Source: Pseudomonadota bacterium (GTDB lineage: Bacteria > Desulfobacterota > JAPLJL01). Taken from it: a DNA stretch of 64,000 nucleotides. Below the pieces are notes generated by a model. It made no database searches and was not told the DNA's origin. It worked only from the letters and a program-made list of their open reading frames with translations. Within the stretch, counting starts at the first letter, position 1. Every line of letters begins with the position of its first letter. The translations under genes and the position numbers were made by a program. Where the stretch lies: NCBI GenBank assembly GCA_026388655.1, contig JAPLJI010000067.1, forward strand, positions 1,316-65,315, written 5' to 3'. Positions 49,106 to 59,796 of the stretch are shown here, piece after piece.

Positions 49106-49876
49106 ATGTCAAAAACCATCTGCCCTGGTCAGGATACGCGGTTCTGGAAGCCCGGAGACATCTTCGAGGCGGTCTGCGGGAAGTGCGGCCGGCCGATCGA
49201 GTTTTTCAAGGATGACGCCGCCCGGCGCTGTCCCGGGTGCGGCCAGCGGGTGCAAAATCCCAAGATCAGCCTGGGCTGTGCCCAGTGGTGCGAGCACGCC
49301 CGGGAGTGCCTGGGCTATGATCCCAAAGAAGGCAACCCAGACTACGCCAAGGCTTCGTCGGGCTCGCAGAGCTCGGAGCAGGAAGAAAGCTTGGTGGATC
49401 GCCTGATCGAGGCGGTCAAAAAGGAATTCGGCTGTGATCAGAAACGCATCACGCATGCCTTGATGGTGCTGGAGAAAGCGCAAAAGATTTTACGTCGCGA
49501 AGGGGGCAATCCCCGCGTGGTTTTGACCGCGGCCCTCCTGCACGACATCGGGATCAAGGCGACCGAGCGCAAGCACGGCTCCGCCGCCGGCAAATACCAG
49601 GAAATCGAGGGACCGCCGATCGCCCAGCGGATCATGCGGGAACTCAATCTGGATGTAGAAACCATTGAGCACGTCAGCCGGATCGTCGGCAGCCACCACA
49701 GCGCTGGAGACATCGACACCCTAGAATTCCGGATCCTTTGGGACGCCGACTGGCTGGTGAACCTGCGGGAAGAATTCCCTCAGGCGGGGAAAGAGGAACT
49801 GGAAAAGAAGATCGCGCGGATTTTTAAAACCGGAACTGGGAAGGAAATGGCCTTGGATTTACTGCCTCCCCATTAA
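49106..49876 (+). CDS. Cys-rich zinc-ribbon + HD-domain phosphohydrolase
   Basis: CPGQD, CxxC x2, GCAQWC; RITHA, LLHDIG, SHH, DADWL. Confidence 0.85.
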   Translation: MSKTICPGQDTRFWKPGDIFEAVCGKCGRPIEFFKDDAARRCPGCGQRVQNPKISLGCAQWCEHARECLGYDPKEGNPDYAKASSGSQSSEQEESLVDRLIEAVKKEFGCDQKRITHALMVLEKAQKILRREGGNPRVVLTAALLHDIGIKATERKHGSAAGKYQEIEGPPIAQRIMRELNLDVETIEHVSRIVGSHHSAGDIDTLEFRILWDADWLVNLREEFPQAGKEELEKKIARIFKTGTGKEMALDLLPPH

Positions 49877-49987
49877 AGTTTATAGATTGTCAGTCATCCC
49901 TGCGAAAGCAGGGATCCAGGAATTTTCTAAAAAAACTGGATTCCGGCTTCCGCCGGAATGACAATAACAATTTAGGAGGAATTAACT

Positions 49988-50351
49988 GTGAGCAATATTG
50001 TACTTTATGTCCTCGTTGGTCTGGTCGCCGGGTTTTTCAGCGGCCTGATCGGGATCGGCGGGGGCGTAATCATTATCCCGATCCTGGTTTTGCTCTTCGG
50101 TCTCACGCAGCACCAGGCCCAGGGGACCACGCTGGCCCTTGCTCGTGCCTCCGGTGGGTTTGCTCGCGGCCCTGACTTATTACAGACAGGGATATGTAAA
50201 CCTGGAAATGGCCGCTTTGATTGCGGCGGGTTTCTTCCTGGGCGACCTGGGGGGCGCCCAGGTCGCGGTCGGGCTTTCCAGCGCGGTCCTGGAAAAGGTT
50301 TTCGGGGTTGCGCTTCTTTTGATTTCGGTCAAGATGATTCTGGGCAAATGA
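49988..50351 (+). pseudogene. TauE/SafE (TSUP) half-transporter with +1 frameshift near 50136
   Basis: GLIGIGGGVII.P, AQGTTLA in one frame, continuing LLVPPVGL.A..YY in another. Confidence 0.75.
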
Positions 50352-50640
50352 TGAGATTTGTTTTATTGTCATTCCGGGCTTGACTAAGCCTGCCCCGTAC
50401 TTGATACGGGGGAACCCAGTATATTTTTCTGTATTCCCACTCCCCGATTAATGACTTCGGGGACAGGTTTCGTGGGGATGACATGCGGGGAAAATTGATA
50501 CTTCGACAGCGCCCAAACCCGGCCCTTTAGGGCGGGGAAAGAGGCGCCGCTCAGTATCAACCCTGAGCATACCCCGGGTTTTAGACCGGGCAAGTCGAAG
50601 GGTTGATTCCTGCTCTACATGAATTAATAAGGAGGAAGAA

Positions 50641-52545
50641 ATGGAAGACAACCGGATTTCCTATCACGAGTCGGTTAGAAAAGCCTACGAGCGGATCAAA
50701 AAAGACGGCTTGACCAATATCTGGGACCGCTACGAGGCCCAGGGAATGGGGGGCAATCCCGACCAGCGCTGTCCTTTCTGCCTGGGAGGGGTTCGCTGCG
50801 ACTTCTGCTCCAACGGACCCTGCCGGGCCGACGTGGCCAAGGACAAACGGGGCGTCTGCGGGATCACCGGCGACGGGATGGCGATGCGGATGATGGTGCT
50901 CCGAAACGTCATGGGCGCCGCCACCTACCATTACCACACCGAGCAGACCTTAAAAACCCTGCGGGCCACCGCCCGGGGCAAGACCCCGTTCACGATCCGG
51001 GAGCCCGGGAAGCTCAAAAGCTTCTCCGAGCGCCTGGGGATCAGCATCAAGGGCTCCGACGCGGATCTCGCCCTCCGCCTGGCCGACTTCGCCGAAACCG
51101 ACTTCCATCGAAGCGCCGGGGAAGAAAGCCGGATCGTGGCCGCCTTGGCCCCGCCCGAGCGCCAGGACGCCTGGATCAACCTCGATCTTTTCCCGGGCGG
51201 CATCTACGGGGAGATGATGCGGGCGACCAGTTCCTGCCTGACCAACGTGGACGGTTATTACGTGAGTCTGGCCCTGAAGGCGATGCGGCTGGCCGTGGCC
51301 ACGGCCTACCAGTCCCAGATCGTGAACGAATACTGCCAGGATATCCTCTTCGGGATCCCCCGGCCCCATCCCTTCCGGGTGAACCTCGGGGTTCTGGACC
51401 CGGATTACGTCAACGTTCTTCCCAACGGCCACGAGCCCTTTCTCGGTTTTGCCATGGTCCAGCTGGCCCGGAAGCCCGAGTGGCAGGAGAAGGCCCGGGC
51501 CACCGGGGCCAAAGGCCTGCGCGTGATCGCGAATATCGAGACCGGGCAAGAGATGATCCAGCGCTGGAATACCGACGACGTGTTCTACGGCTTCACCGGC
51601 AACTGGATCATGCAGGAGGCGGTCCTGGCCTCGGGCGCGGTGGACCTGTTCGCTTGCGACATGAACTGCTCGATGCCGGTGGACCCGATGTACGCCCAGA
51701 AATACAAATTCAAGCTCGTCCCGGTGAGTGACCTGGTCGCTTTCGAGGGAGTGACCGAGCGGATTGATTACCTTCCCGAGAAAGCCGGGGTCCAGGCGGC
51801 CAGGCTTCTCGAAATGGCGATCGGCAATTTTAAGGAACGCCAGGCCTCGGTGGAGCCGATCCGGGGCCTCGGTGCCGGGGAAGCGGTGGTCGGTTTTTCG
51901 ATTGAGAGCATCCTCGACGCCCTGGGTGGGAGCCTCGACCCGCTTCTGGGCGCGATTAAAAGCGGGGCTCTGCGCGGGGTCGCCGGCCTGGTTTCCTGCA
52001 CCACCCTCCGGGATTCCGGCCAGGACGTCCACAGCGTCGCGGTGGCGAAGGAGCTGATCAAGCGGAACATCCTGATCCTTTCGATGGGGTGCGGGAACGG
52101 GGCGATGCAGGTGGCGGGGCTTTGCCGCCCGGAGGCCCGGGAACTGGCCGGCCCGGGCTTGAAGGCGATCTGTGAAAAACTCGGGACCCCGCCGGTCCTC
52201 TCCTTTGGGACCTGCACCGACACCGGGCGGCTGGCCGATCTCCTGTTGGCGGTTTCCACCGCCCTGGGCGGGGTTCCGCTTCCCGATCTCCCGGTGGCGG
52301 CGGTGGTGCCGGAATATATGGAGCAGAAGGCCACGATTGACGCGGTTTTCGCCCTGGCCCTGGGGCTTTACACCTATGTGAACCCGGTGCCCACTGTCAC
52401 CGGCGCGCCCAACCTGGTCAAGCTTTTAACCCAGGACCTGCCCGGGGTGACCGGGGGGATTCTCAACGTGGAGAAGGATGCGGTCAAGGCGGTGGACGGC
52501 ATTCTCGCCCACATCGAGGCAAAACGGAAGAAGCTCGGGATCTAA
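50641..52545 (+). CDS. cooS: CooS/Prismane-superfamily protein (non-canonical CODH)
   Basis: CPFC, CxxCxxGPC..GVCG B/D clusters; NGHEP, DMNC, SCTT, GCG, GTCTD, EQKA. Confidence 0.88.
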   Translation: MEDNRISYHESVRKAYERIKKDGLTNIWDRYEAQGMGGNPDQRCPFCLGGVRCDFCSNGPCRADVAKDKRGVCGITGDGMAMRMMVLRNVMGAATYHYHTEQTLKTLRATARGKTPFTIREPGKLKSFSERLGISIKGSDADLALRLADFAETDFHRSAGEESRIVAALAPPERQDAWINLDLFPGGIYGEMMRATSSCLTNVDGYYVSLALKAMRLAVATAYQSQIVNEYCQDILFGIPRPHPFRVNLGVLDPDYVNVLPNGHEPFLGFAMVQLARKPEWQEKARATGAKGLRVIANIETGQEMIQRWNTDDVFYGFTGNWIMQEAVLASGAVDLFACDMNCSMPVDPMYAQKYKFKLVPVSDLVAFEGVTERIDYLPEKAGVQAARLLEMAIGNFKERQASVEPIRGLGAGEAVVGFSIESILDALGGSLDPLLGAIKSGALRGVAGLVSCTTLRDSGQDVHSVAVAKELIKRNILILSMGCGNGAMQVAGLCRPEARELAGPGLKAICEKLGTPPVLSFGTCTDTGRLADLLLAVSTALGGVPLPDLPVAAVVPEYMEQKATIDAVFALALGLYTYVNPVPTVTGAPNLVKLLTQDLPGVTGGILNVEKDAVKAVDGILAHIEAKRKKLGI

Positions 52546-52673
52546 TAAGAAGCTCAAAGCTCAAAGGTGAAAGGTCAAAGTAGTTGCCCGATTTATCGGG
52601 CTCCTTGGAAATGACGGGCGCAAGTCTCTTCCTTGATGAGGTCGGTTTTTCGGGAAGCAATAGTGGAGGAAAG

Positions 52674-53851
52674 ATGAAAACGCTGACTCCTGCTTTAACC
52701 TTCATCTTCCTGGTTTTTTGGGTGTTGACCGGGGGAACGGCGCGGGCGGAAGAGGTGGATTGCGCCGCCTGCCATAAAAAGGTCACTCCCAATATCGTTT
52801 CGGACTGGGAGTTAAGCCAGCACGGGCAAAACCAGATTGATTGCTCGGCCTGCCATGGGAGCGATCACAAATCCGAAAAGGACGTGAAGAATGCCCGGAT
52901 TCCCACCCCGGAGGTCTGCGCCGAATGCCACGAGGAGAAGGTCCGGGAGTTTAAAAACGGGAAGCACGCCCGAGCCTGGAGCTCGATGAAGGCGATGCCC
53001 ACCTTTCACTGGCAGCCGATGGTGATGATCGAGGGAATGAAGGGCTGCGGGGGATGTCACAAGATCGGCCTCAAGACCGAAGCCGAGATCAAGGAGCTTT
53101 CCAAGGCGGGAAGGGGATTCGGGATGGCCTCCTGCGACGCCTGCCACACCCGGCACCTGTTTTCGGTAGCCGAGGCGAGCCAGCCCCAGGCCTGCCAGAC
53201 CTGCCACATGGGTTTCGACCACGCGCAGTGGGAGATGTATTCCACCTCCAAGCACGGGGTCCGCTACCTCCTGAAGCAGAACAAGACCCTGCCCGAAGGC
53301 GCGGCCGCGCCCAAGTGCCAGATGTGCCACCTGCCCGGGGGAAACCACGCCAACCAGACCGCCTGGGGCTTCCTGGCGGTGCGAATGCCCCTGCCCGAGG
53401 ACAAACAGTGGGCGCGGGACCGCGCGACCTTGATGCAGGCCCTGGGGGTTTTGGACCCGGAGGGGAAACCCACCCCCCGCCTGGAGGTAATCAAAAAGGA
53501 AAAGGTGGTCCGCCTGACACAGGAGGAGTGGCAGAAGGAGCGGTCATCCAGACCGCGGATCGGATCATGGCCGAGGCGATCCGGATCGTGGCGGATTTAT
53601 ATAAGGATGGCCTGTTCAAGAAGCCGAAGGAATACACCTTCGCCTACCCGGATCTCCTGACCTTCCACGATGCTACCACCCTGATCGAGGAGAAACTTTT
53701 TCTGATGTTTTTCGAATATCGGATGCGCACCTTCCAGGGATCGTTTCACCTGAACCCGGATTACGCTTTCTGGTACGGCTACAGCAAGATGCAGCTCGAC
53801 CTAGTGGAGATCAAGGACATGGCGGAGGAAATGAGGCGCCTGAAGAAGTAA
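52674..53851 (+). pseudogene. HAO-like multiheme cytochrome c, frameshifted near 53542
   Basis: 7 CXXCH, CHTRH.FS, CHMGFDH in one frame; ADRIMAEA..FQG.FH.NPDY..WYG in another. Confidence 0.8.
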
Positions 53852-54118
53852 CCGGTTGCCGCAGGCTTTTCGATCAGATCCCGAGGCATTGTGGCCGAGG
53901 GAAGGCTGGAAAAAAAATGCGGATTGACGATTTACGAATGACGAATGACGATTTAAAAACAAAATCCCTGGATTCCCGCTCAAAACACCGCGGGAATGAC
54001 AACCTATTCCAATATCGGTCCCGACACTGACATTGACACCGGCACCGATACTAATAATTATCGATAAAGAGTTGACCTGCCTTATTTCTTGCCATAAAAT
54101 AATGGCAGGAGGTGAGCC

Positions 54119-54391
54119 ATGGCAATTAACCAAAAAAACTTGCATGTTCCTCTATCCGAAAATCTTTATTCCCGCCTTCGCGAGACAGCCGATTTAACCC
54201 AAAGGCCGGCTACGGAATTGGCCCGGGAGGCGATTCAGACCTGGCTGGAGATTAAAGAACGCGAAGCTCTACGTGAAAAAATTCAAGAATACGCGATGAA
54301 AGCGGCCGGAACGCTGGATGATCTTGATCCGGATTTAGAGGAGGCGGCTATTGAACATCTGACCTCATCACGAAAACGGAGGCGCAAATGA
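54119..54391 (+). CDS. RHH/CopG-like antitoxin
   Basis: KNLHVPLSE..Y.RL...ELAREAI; ATGA overlap with the toxin. Confidence 0.75.
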   Translation: MAINQKNLHVPLSENLYSRLRETADLTQRPATELAREAIQTWLEIKEREALREKIQEYAMKAAGTLDDLDPDLEEAAIEHLTSSRKRRRK

Positions 54392-54735
54392 AGCGGGGCG
54401 AGGTCTGGTGGGCCGAGTTGCGTCCGCGGTCGGGTTCAGAGCAGAAAGGGAATAGACCGGCCATAATTATCTCCCATGATGGTTTTAATTCGATACCGGG
54501 GTGGCGCTCGATCATCATTATTCCGGTTTCAACCTCCCCCCGCCAACTATTGAGGGGACCTACGTCCATTCCAATCCCGGCGGGTGAAGGGGGAATTGAT
54601 CGTGATTCCGTTGCCCTTTGCCACCAGGTTACGACCCTTGACCGGGCCAAGCTTACTAAATGTCTGGGACTTTTATCTTTGCCAATGCTGGAAAAGATTG
54701 AAGCCGGTCTAAAAGCCGCAATGGATTTATTATAG
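54388..54735 (+). CDS. PemK/MazF toxin
   Basis: RGEVWWA.L.P..GSEQ.G.RPAIIIS.D.FN, SVALC.QV.TLD. Confidence 0.93.
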   Translation: MKRGEVWWAELRPRSGSEQKGNRPAIIISHDGFNSIPGWRSIIIIPVSTSPRQLLRGPTSIPIPAGEGGIDRDSVALCHQVTTLDRAKLTKCLGLLSLPMLEKIEAGLKAAMDLL

Positions 54736-54956
54736 TGAAAGGAACCAAGAAGAAGGTAAGTATCGTGCTTTCCGAAAAACGGCATCGGAGGAAGGCAGCG
54801 CTGGATTCCTACCGGGAGGGTTTAATCAGCCTGGGTAAGGTTGCGGAGATCCTCGGCCTTGATCCGGTCAGCGCCAGGCGCTACCTGAAGGAAAAGGGTA
54901 TACCGATCCGGAGTCAGGATCTTCCGGAAATCCAAAAAGACGCGGACAATGCCTGA
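54735..54956 (+). CDS. UPF0175-family antitoxin (possibly 5'-truncated)
   Basis: Y.EG.ISLGKVAEILG......L...GI. Confidence 0.65.
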   Translation: MKGTKKKVSIVLSEKRHRRKAALDSYREGLISLGKVAEILGLDPVSARRYLKEKGIPIRSQDLPEIQKDADNA

Positions 54957-55077
54957 GATTGTCTGGGCCGGTTTTCCGGTAGTTTGTCGGCCTGCCTCAC
55001 TTCCCTCTTAAATTTGATCTGGTTTAGAATATCCCCGCGAAAACATGGGGATTCGAAAGACTGAGAAAGGAGGCCAC

Positions 55078-56268
55078 ATGAGAGACGTCGTAATCGCCGG
55101 GTACTTAAGGACAGCTCAGTCCCGATCCCGACCCCGGGATCCGGAGCGAGACGTGTTTCATAAACTGCGGGCGGATGATCTCCTGGCCCGGCTGATGCCG
55201 GCACTGATGGAGAGATTGAAGCTCGATCCCAAGGAACTCGACGATTTTATCGTCGGTTCGGCCATGGGGATTATCGAAAACTGGACCTATGGCGGCCGGC
55301 TTCCAGTGTTGCTGGCCAATTTCCCGGAAACGATAGCGGCTAAATTCGTGGACCAGCAGTGCGGCTCCTCCATGGCCGCGATTCAGATCGGCTACATGGA
55401 AATCGCCACCGGCAACGCCGACATGGTGATGGTCAGCGGGATGGAGCACATGACCCGGGTGCCGATGGGCGGGACCCCCGAGTCGCTTTCCCCCAACCTG
55501 ACCCTGGCCTCCGAGGAAAAATTCGCCCACTGGGATTTCATGACCACGATGAACATGGGCTTCACCGCGGAGAAGCTTTCCGGTGAAGCTGGGGTCAGCC
55601 GGGCCGAACTCGACGCCTGGGGACTGCGGTCGCATCAGCTTGCCGCCAAGGCCCAGGCGGAGGGGTTTTTCAAAGGAGAGATCCTGCCGATCGAGGCCGA
55701 GCAGGCTGACGGCAGTATCCTGACGGTGGACACGGACCAGGCCGTGCGGGGGGATACCACCATCGAAGGCCTGGCCAAGCTGAAACCCGCCTTCCGGCCC
55801 AACGGGATCATCACCGCCGGTAACTCCTCACCCCTGAACGCCGCGGCTTCCTGCATGGTGCTGATGGCGAAGGAAAAGGCCCAGCAGAAGGGGATCAAGC
55901 CCCTGGCCAAGATCAAGTCGATCGGATTCGCGGGGGTGGATCCTACCGTGATGGGCAAGGGCCCAGTCCCGGCCAGCCAGAAAGCCCTGAAGGCGGCGAG
56001 CCTGAAAGCGGGCGACATTGATTACTGGGAAATCAACGAGGCCTTCTGCATCGTGGCCCTCTACTGCATCAAGCAGCTCGGCTTGCAACCCGACCGGGTG
56101 AACGTGATGGGCGGCGGGACGGCCATCGGACATCCCCTGGGTGCGACCGGTTGCCGGCTGGTGGGAACCCTGGCCCGGATTCTCGAAGCGAAAAAGGCAA
56201 GGTACGGCCTCGCCAACGCCTGCGTGGGCGGCGGCCAGGGCGTGGCCACGATTATTGAAAGGGAATAA
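55078..56268 (+). CDS. Thiolase (acetyl-CoA C-acyltransferase)
   Basis: QQCGSS, TAGNSS, EINEAF, GHPLGATG, CVGGGQG. Confidence 0.95.
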   Translation: MRDVVIAGYLRTAQSRSRPRDPERDVFHKLRADDLLARLMPALMERLKLDPKELDDFIVGSAMGIIENWTYGGRLPVLLANFPETIAAKFVDQQCGSSMAAIQIGYMEIATGNADMVMVSGMEHMTRVPMGGTPESLSPNLTLASEEKFAHWDFMTTMNMGFTAEKLSGEAGVSRAELDAWGLRSHQLAAKAQAEGFFKGEILPIEAEQADGSILTVDTDQAVRGDTTIEGLAKLKPAFRPNGIITAGNSSPLNAAASCMVLMAKEKAQQKGIKPLAKIKSIGFAGVDPTVMGKGPVPASQKALKAASLKAGDIDYWEINEAFCIVALYCIKQLGLQPDRVNVMGGGTAIGHPLGATGCRLVGTLARILEAKKARYGLANACVGGGQGVATIIERE

Positions 56269-56272
56269 TCAA

Positions 56273-56482
56273 ATGAACGACGGGTCCAAAAAATTCTTAT
56301 GGGGATTCCTGGCCGGGGTGTTGGTGACGGTGGTCTTTTTCTACATCGGGGGTTTCACCTTTTTAACCCGGGGAGGCAACCGGGTGGAAAAGGAGGTCAA
56401 AAAGACCGTCAGCGAAACCACCAACGCGGTGGAAAACGCCGCCGACAAGACCAAGGATTTCCTCAAGGAAAAAACGCACTAA
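56273..56482 (+). CDS. Small membrane protein
   Basis: MNDGSKKFLWGFLAGVLV TM followed by a charged tail. Confidence 0.6.
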   Translation: MNDGSKKFLWGFLAGVLVTVVFFYIGGFTFLTRGGNRVEKEVKKTVSETTNAVENAADKTKDFLKEKTH

Positions 56483-56677
56483 ATCCCCCCCTTCCTTCTC
56501 CCCTTGGGGGAGAAGGAGAGGATGAGGGGTGATGAGATGCTTAACGGTCCTCGATCGTGTGTCTTCCGCCTTGGTGGAATCCCGCTAGAGGAGGCAATTG
56601 TTTCTTTAAGCGTCGTATTGGCTGAAAAAAACGCAGGCTGAAGCCTGCGGCTACCTCTTGGCGGTGAGATTTGAGGG

Positions 56678-57235
56678 TCAGCGAAAGCCCCGGATAAAAT
56701 CCCCCGCCTTGATCGCCCGGATGATCCCGTCCCGGTCGCGCGGGCCCTCCACCTCAATCCAGGCCCAGCCGCATTCGTCGGCGTGGTGGGAATCGTCGGT
56801 CGCCACCTTGGGCAGGGGAATCTCGCGGACGTTGTATTGGGCGTAGTAGCGCCCCTTGTGGGTCACCTCGATCGCGTCCACCTTCAGGGTTTTGTTGACC
56901 ACCTCGATCCGCCGGAGGACCTCCGGGATCTCCATCCGGTATTGCGCCGGGTGGTTGAAGATAACGAGAAGCTCGGTATCCCCCCAGATCTTGGAGATAT
57001 GGGCGTAATTGATCTCGGCCCATTCCACTTCCAGGCCGTTGAAAACGATGAAATCCCTGTCCCCGTCCGGCAGGGCGGCGAAGTATCTCTGGTTGCTCCC
57101 GACCTGGTAATCGTGATCGGTGAAGGCCAGGAAGCCGAAGTCCAGGTCCCGGTAGACCTTCAGCATTTCCGCGGGAGCCAGACTCCCGTCGGAGAGATTG
57201 GTGTGAATATGCAGGGCGCCTTTGATATAAGGCAT
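56678..57235 (-). CDS. PHP-domain protein
   Basis: LHIHTNLSDG, TDHD, GLE, NHP, TDDSH. Confidence 0.88.
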   Translation of the reverse strand: MPYIKGALHIHTNLSDGSLAPAEMLKVYRDLDFGFLAFTDHDYQVGSNQRYFAALPDGDRDFIVFNGLEVEWAEINYAHISKIWGDTELLVIFNHPAQYRMEIPEVLRRIEVVNKTLKVDAIEVTHKGRYYAQYNVREIPLPKVATDDSHHADECGWAWIEVEGPRDRDGIIRAIKAGDFIRGFR

Positions 57236-57507
57236 ATCAAATCAAATCCCAATTACCAAATTCCAATAACCAAACCCTTCGACTACGCTCCCTTCGACTC
57301 ACTAAGGTTCGCTCAGGGCCTGCATGGCAGGCAATTACCAAATATTAACAACCGAGCTGGAAACTTCAAACTCGAAACCTTAGAACTTTGAACCTTGAAC
57401 CTTGAACCTTAAACTCTACGATGAAAGGCTTTAGCCTTGCGGAAGGACTTGTTATTATCTATCGGAAAGAAATAACCAGGTTTTCCAGCATCCGAGGAGG
57501 ACAGGAA

Positions 57508-58176
57508 ATGGCAGAGATCAAGGTAATCCAGTCAATCATGAAAGAAAATGACAGGGTGGCGGAAGAAAACCGCCAGTGGTTCGATAAGAACCGGGTCTTC
57601 ACCATCAACCTGATGAGTTCCCCCGGTTCGGGCAAGACCACGATCCTGGAAAAAACCGTGGCCCGGCTCAAGGACCGGTTCAAGATCGGCGTGATCGAGG
57701 GGGATATCTACACGAGCGCGGACGCCGACCGCCTCCGGCCCCTGGGTATTCCCCTGGTTCAGATCAATACCGGGCCCTTCGGGGGTGACTGCCACCTTTC
57801 CGCGGCGATGATCCGGGCCGCCCTGGACGGGTTCAACCCCGGGGAGATCGAGCTGCTTTTTATCGAGAATGTCGGCAACCTGGTCTGCCCGGCCGAGTTC
57901 GAACTCGGGGTGGAGCGCGATGTGGCCATTCTTTCCATCGCCGAAGGGGAGGACAAACCCCTTAAGTACCCCCTGCTTTTCCGCCGGGCCCACCTCTTGC
58001 TGCTCAGCAAGATGGATCTGCTCCCGCACCTGCAATACGACCGGAAACTGGTCGAAGAGAACGTGAGAAAGATCAATCCCAAGCTTCCGATCATCCCGGT
58101 ATCCGCCAAAACGGGGGAGGGTTTCGATTCCTGGATCGAGTGGATTGTGGCCCAGATGAAGAACGGAAAGAAATAA
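57508..58176 (+). CDS. hypB: Hydrogenase Ni-incorporation GTPase HypB
   Basis: SSPGSGKTT, IEGD, CHL, IENVGNLVCPA, EGEDKPLKYP. Confidence 0.95.
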   Translation: MAEIKVIQSIMKENDRVAEENRQWFDKNRVFTINLMSSPGSGKTTILEKTVARLKDRFKIGVIEGDIYTSADADRLRPLGIPLVQINTGPFGGDCHLSAAMIRAALDGFNPGEIELLFIENVGNLVCPAEFELGVERDVAILSIAEGEDKPLKYPLLFRRAHLLLLSKMDLLPHLQYDRKLVEENVRKINPKLPIIPVSAKTGEGFDSWIEWIVAQMKNGKK

Positions 58177-58290
58177 ATTTCTTTTTCGGATTTAGAATTT
58201 TGTCCGTCGGGGGATTAAACAATCTTGATTTTGGTCTGTTTATTAATTGAAATTTAAAATTAGTGAATTTTTTTAAACGGAGGAGGGAAA

Positions 58291-58983
58291 ATGGGTGAGA
58301 AAAACGTGGTGCGGAAGATTGACAATCTGGTGGCGGTCCGGAACGTGATCCTGAGCGTGTCGGACAAGGGCGGGCTCAATGAATTCGTTCCGGAACTGGT
58401 GAAGATCTGTCCCGGGATCCGCCTTTATTCCACGGGGGGCACTTTCAGCTCCCTGAAGAGCATTCTCGCCGACCAGGGGAAGCCGCCGCTTTTACAGCAG
58501 ATCTCGGATTACACCGGCCAGCCGGAAATGCAGGGCGGGCTGGTCAAGACCCTCGACTTCAAGGTTTACCTCGGGCTCCTGTCCGAAACCTACAACCCGG
58601 CCCACGCCGACGACCTGAAACGGACGGGGGCGGTTCCCTTCGATCTCATGGTGGTCAATCTGTATCCTTTCCGGGAAACCATCGCCAAACCCAGGGTCAC
58701 GGTGGAGGACGCCCGGGCGAATATCGACATCGGCGGCCCCTGCATGGTCCGGGCCTCCGCGAAGACTGTCAACCGGGAGGCGATCCTGGTCGATCCCAAG
58801 GATTATTCCCGGATCCTGGAAGAATTGAAGAAAAATAAGGGCAAAATCTCCCTGGCCACCCGCTTCGAACTGGCCCAGAAGGCCTTCCGTCACACCGCGG
58901 AGTATGACACGACGATTAGTGGGTACCTGGGAAAAACCGACTTCGGCAAGGTCAAGGGGGCTTATCCCGAGATTGCCGGGTAG
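58291..58983 (+). CDS. PurH N-terminal (IMP cyclohydrolase/MGS-like) domain as a standalone gene
   Basis: LSVSDK, STGGT, VKTL, VVNLYPF, IDIGGP, AFRHTAEYD. Confidence 0.85.
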   Translation: MGEKNVVRKIDNLVAVRNVILSVSDKGGLNEFVPELVKICPGIRLYSTGGTFSSLKSILADQGKPPLLQQISDYTGQPEMQGGLVKTLDFKVYLGLLSETYNPAHADDLKRTGAVPFDLMVVNLYPFRETIAKPRVTVEDARANIDIGGPCMVRASAKTVNREAILVDPKDYSRILEELKKNKGKISLATRFELAQKAFRHTAEYDTTISGYLGKTDFGKVKGAYPEIAG

Positions 58984-58986
58984 GGG

Positions 58987-59715
58987 ATGGGAAAGAAACC
59001 AGCCCGCCGGGCTGCGCGGAGATGGCCCTTCTGGGCGGGTCTGATTCTCGCGGGGCTGGCTCTCGGGTTTTCCGTTTACATTGTATATCTGGGTCGGGAT
59101 CTTCCGGACGTTTCCCCTTACCGGAAGAAAATCCCGTCGGCCCGGGGGGAGCGGATCTTCGTACCCTTTGCCGCCATCCCCGGGGTTTTGGTCAAGGCGG
59201 TGATCGCCGCGGAGGATTGTAACTTTTACCGGCACCACGGCCTGGATTACGAGGCCATCTGGGATGCCTTCAAGGAAAATATCTCCGAGGGGCGGGTGGT
59301 CCGGGGCGGGAGCACCATCACCCAGCAGCTCGCGAAAAACCTTTTTCTTTCCAAGGAAAGGACCCTGAGACGGAAGATCCGGGAGGCCCTGATCGCCCGG
59401 GAGCTGGAGCGGAAACTTTCCAAGCAGCGGATCCTCGAGCTTTATCTCAACGTGGTGGAATGGGGGGACGGGATCAACGGGGTGGAGGCGGCCTGCCGCC
59501 GGTATTTTCACAAGTCGGTGCCGGAGATTTCCGTGGCGGAAGCCGCGGTTCTGGCGGCGATGCTTCCCAACCCCCATTATTACAGCCCCTTTCGCCACCA
59601 GGACAAGCTGGAACGCCGGGTCCGCCGGCTCCTGATGCATATGTGGAAGAACCGTTCCATTTCCCCGGACCAATACCGGGAGGCGCTTAATTCTCTCTCC
59701 GTCAGTGTTTTATAG
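58987..59715 (+). CDS. mtgA: Monofunctional peptidoglycan transglycosylase
   Basis: AAED..FY.H.G.D, RGGSTITQQLAKNLF, RK..E, LELYLN. Confidence 0.85.
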   Translation: MGKKPARRAARRWPFWAGLILAGLALGFSVYIVYLGRDLPDVSPYRKKIPSARGERIFVPFAAIPGVLVKAVIAAEDCNFYRHHGLDYEAIWDAFKENISEGRVVRGGSTITQQLAKNLFLSKERTLRRKIREALIARELERKLSKQRILELYLNVVEWGDGINGVEAACRRYFHKSVPEISVAEAAVLAAMLPNPHYYSPFRHQDKLERRVRRLLMHMWKNRSISPDQYREALNSLSVSVL

Positions 59716-59796
59716 CGAATTGACAAAAAGGGGATTTTGTAATTTTATGTCAGGGCGGCATTTTCATCACTTAAAATTCAAGGAGAGGACTGGCAC

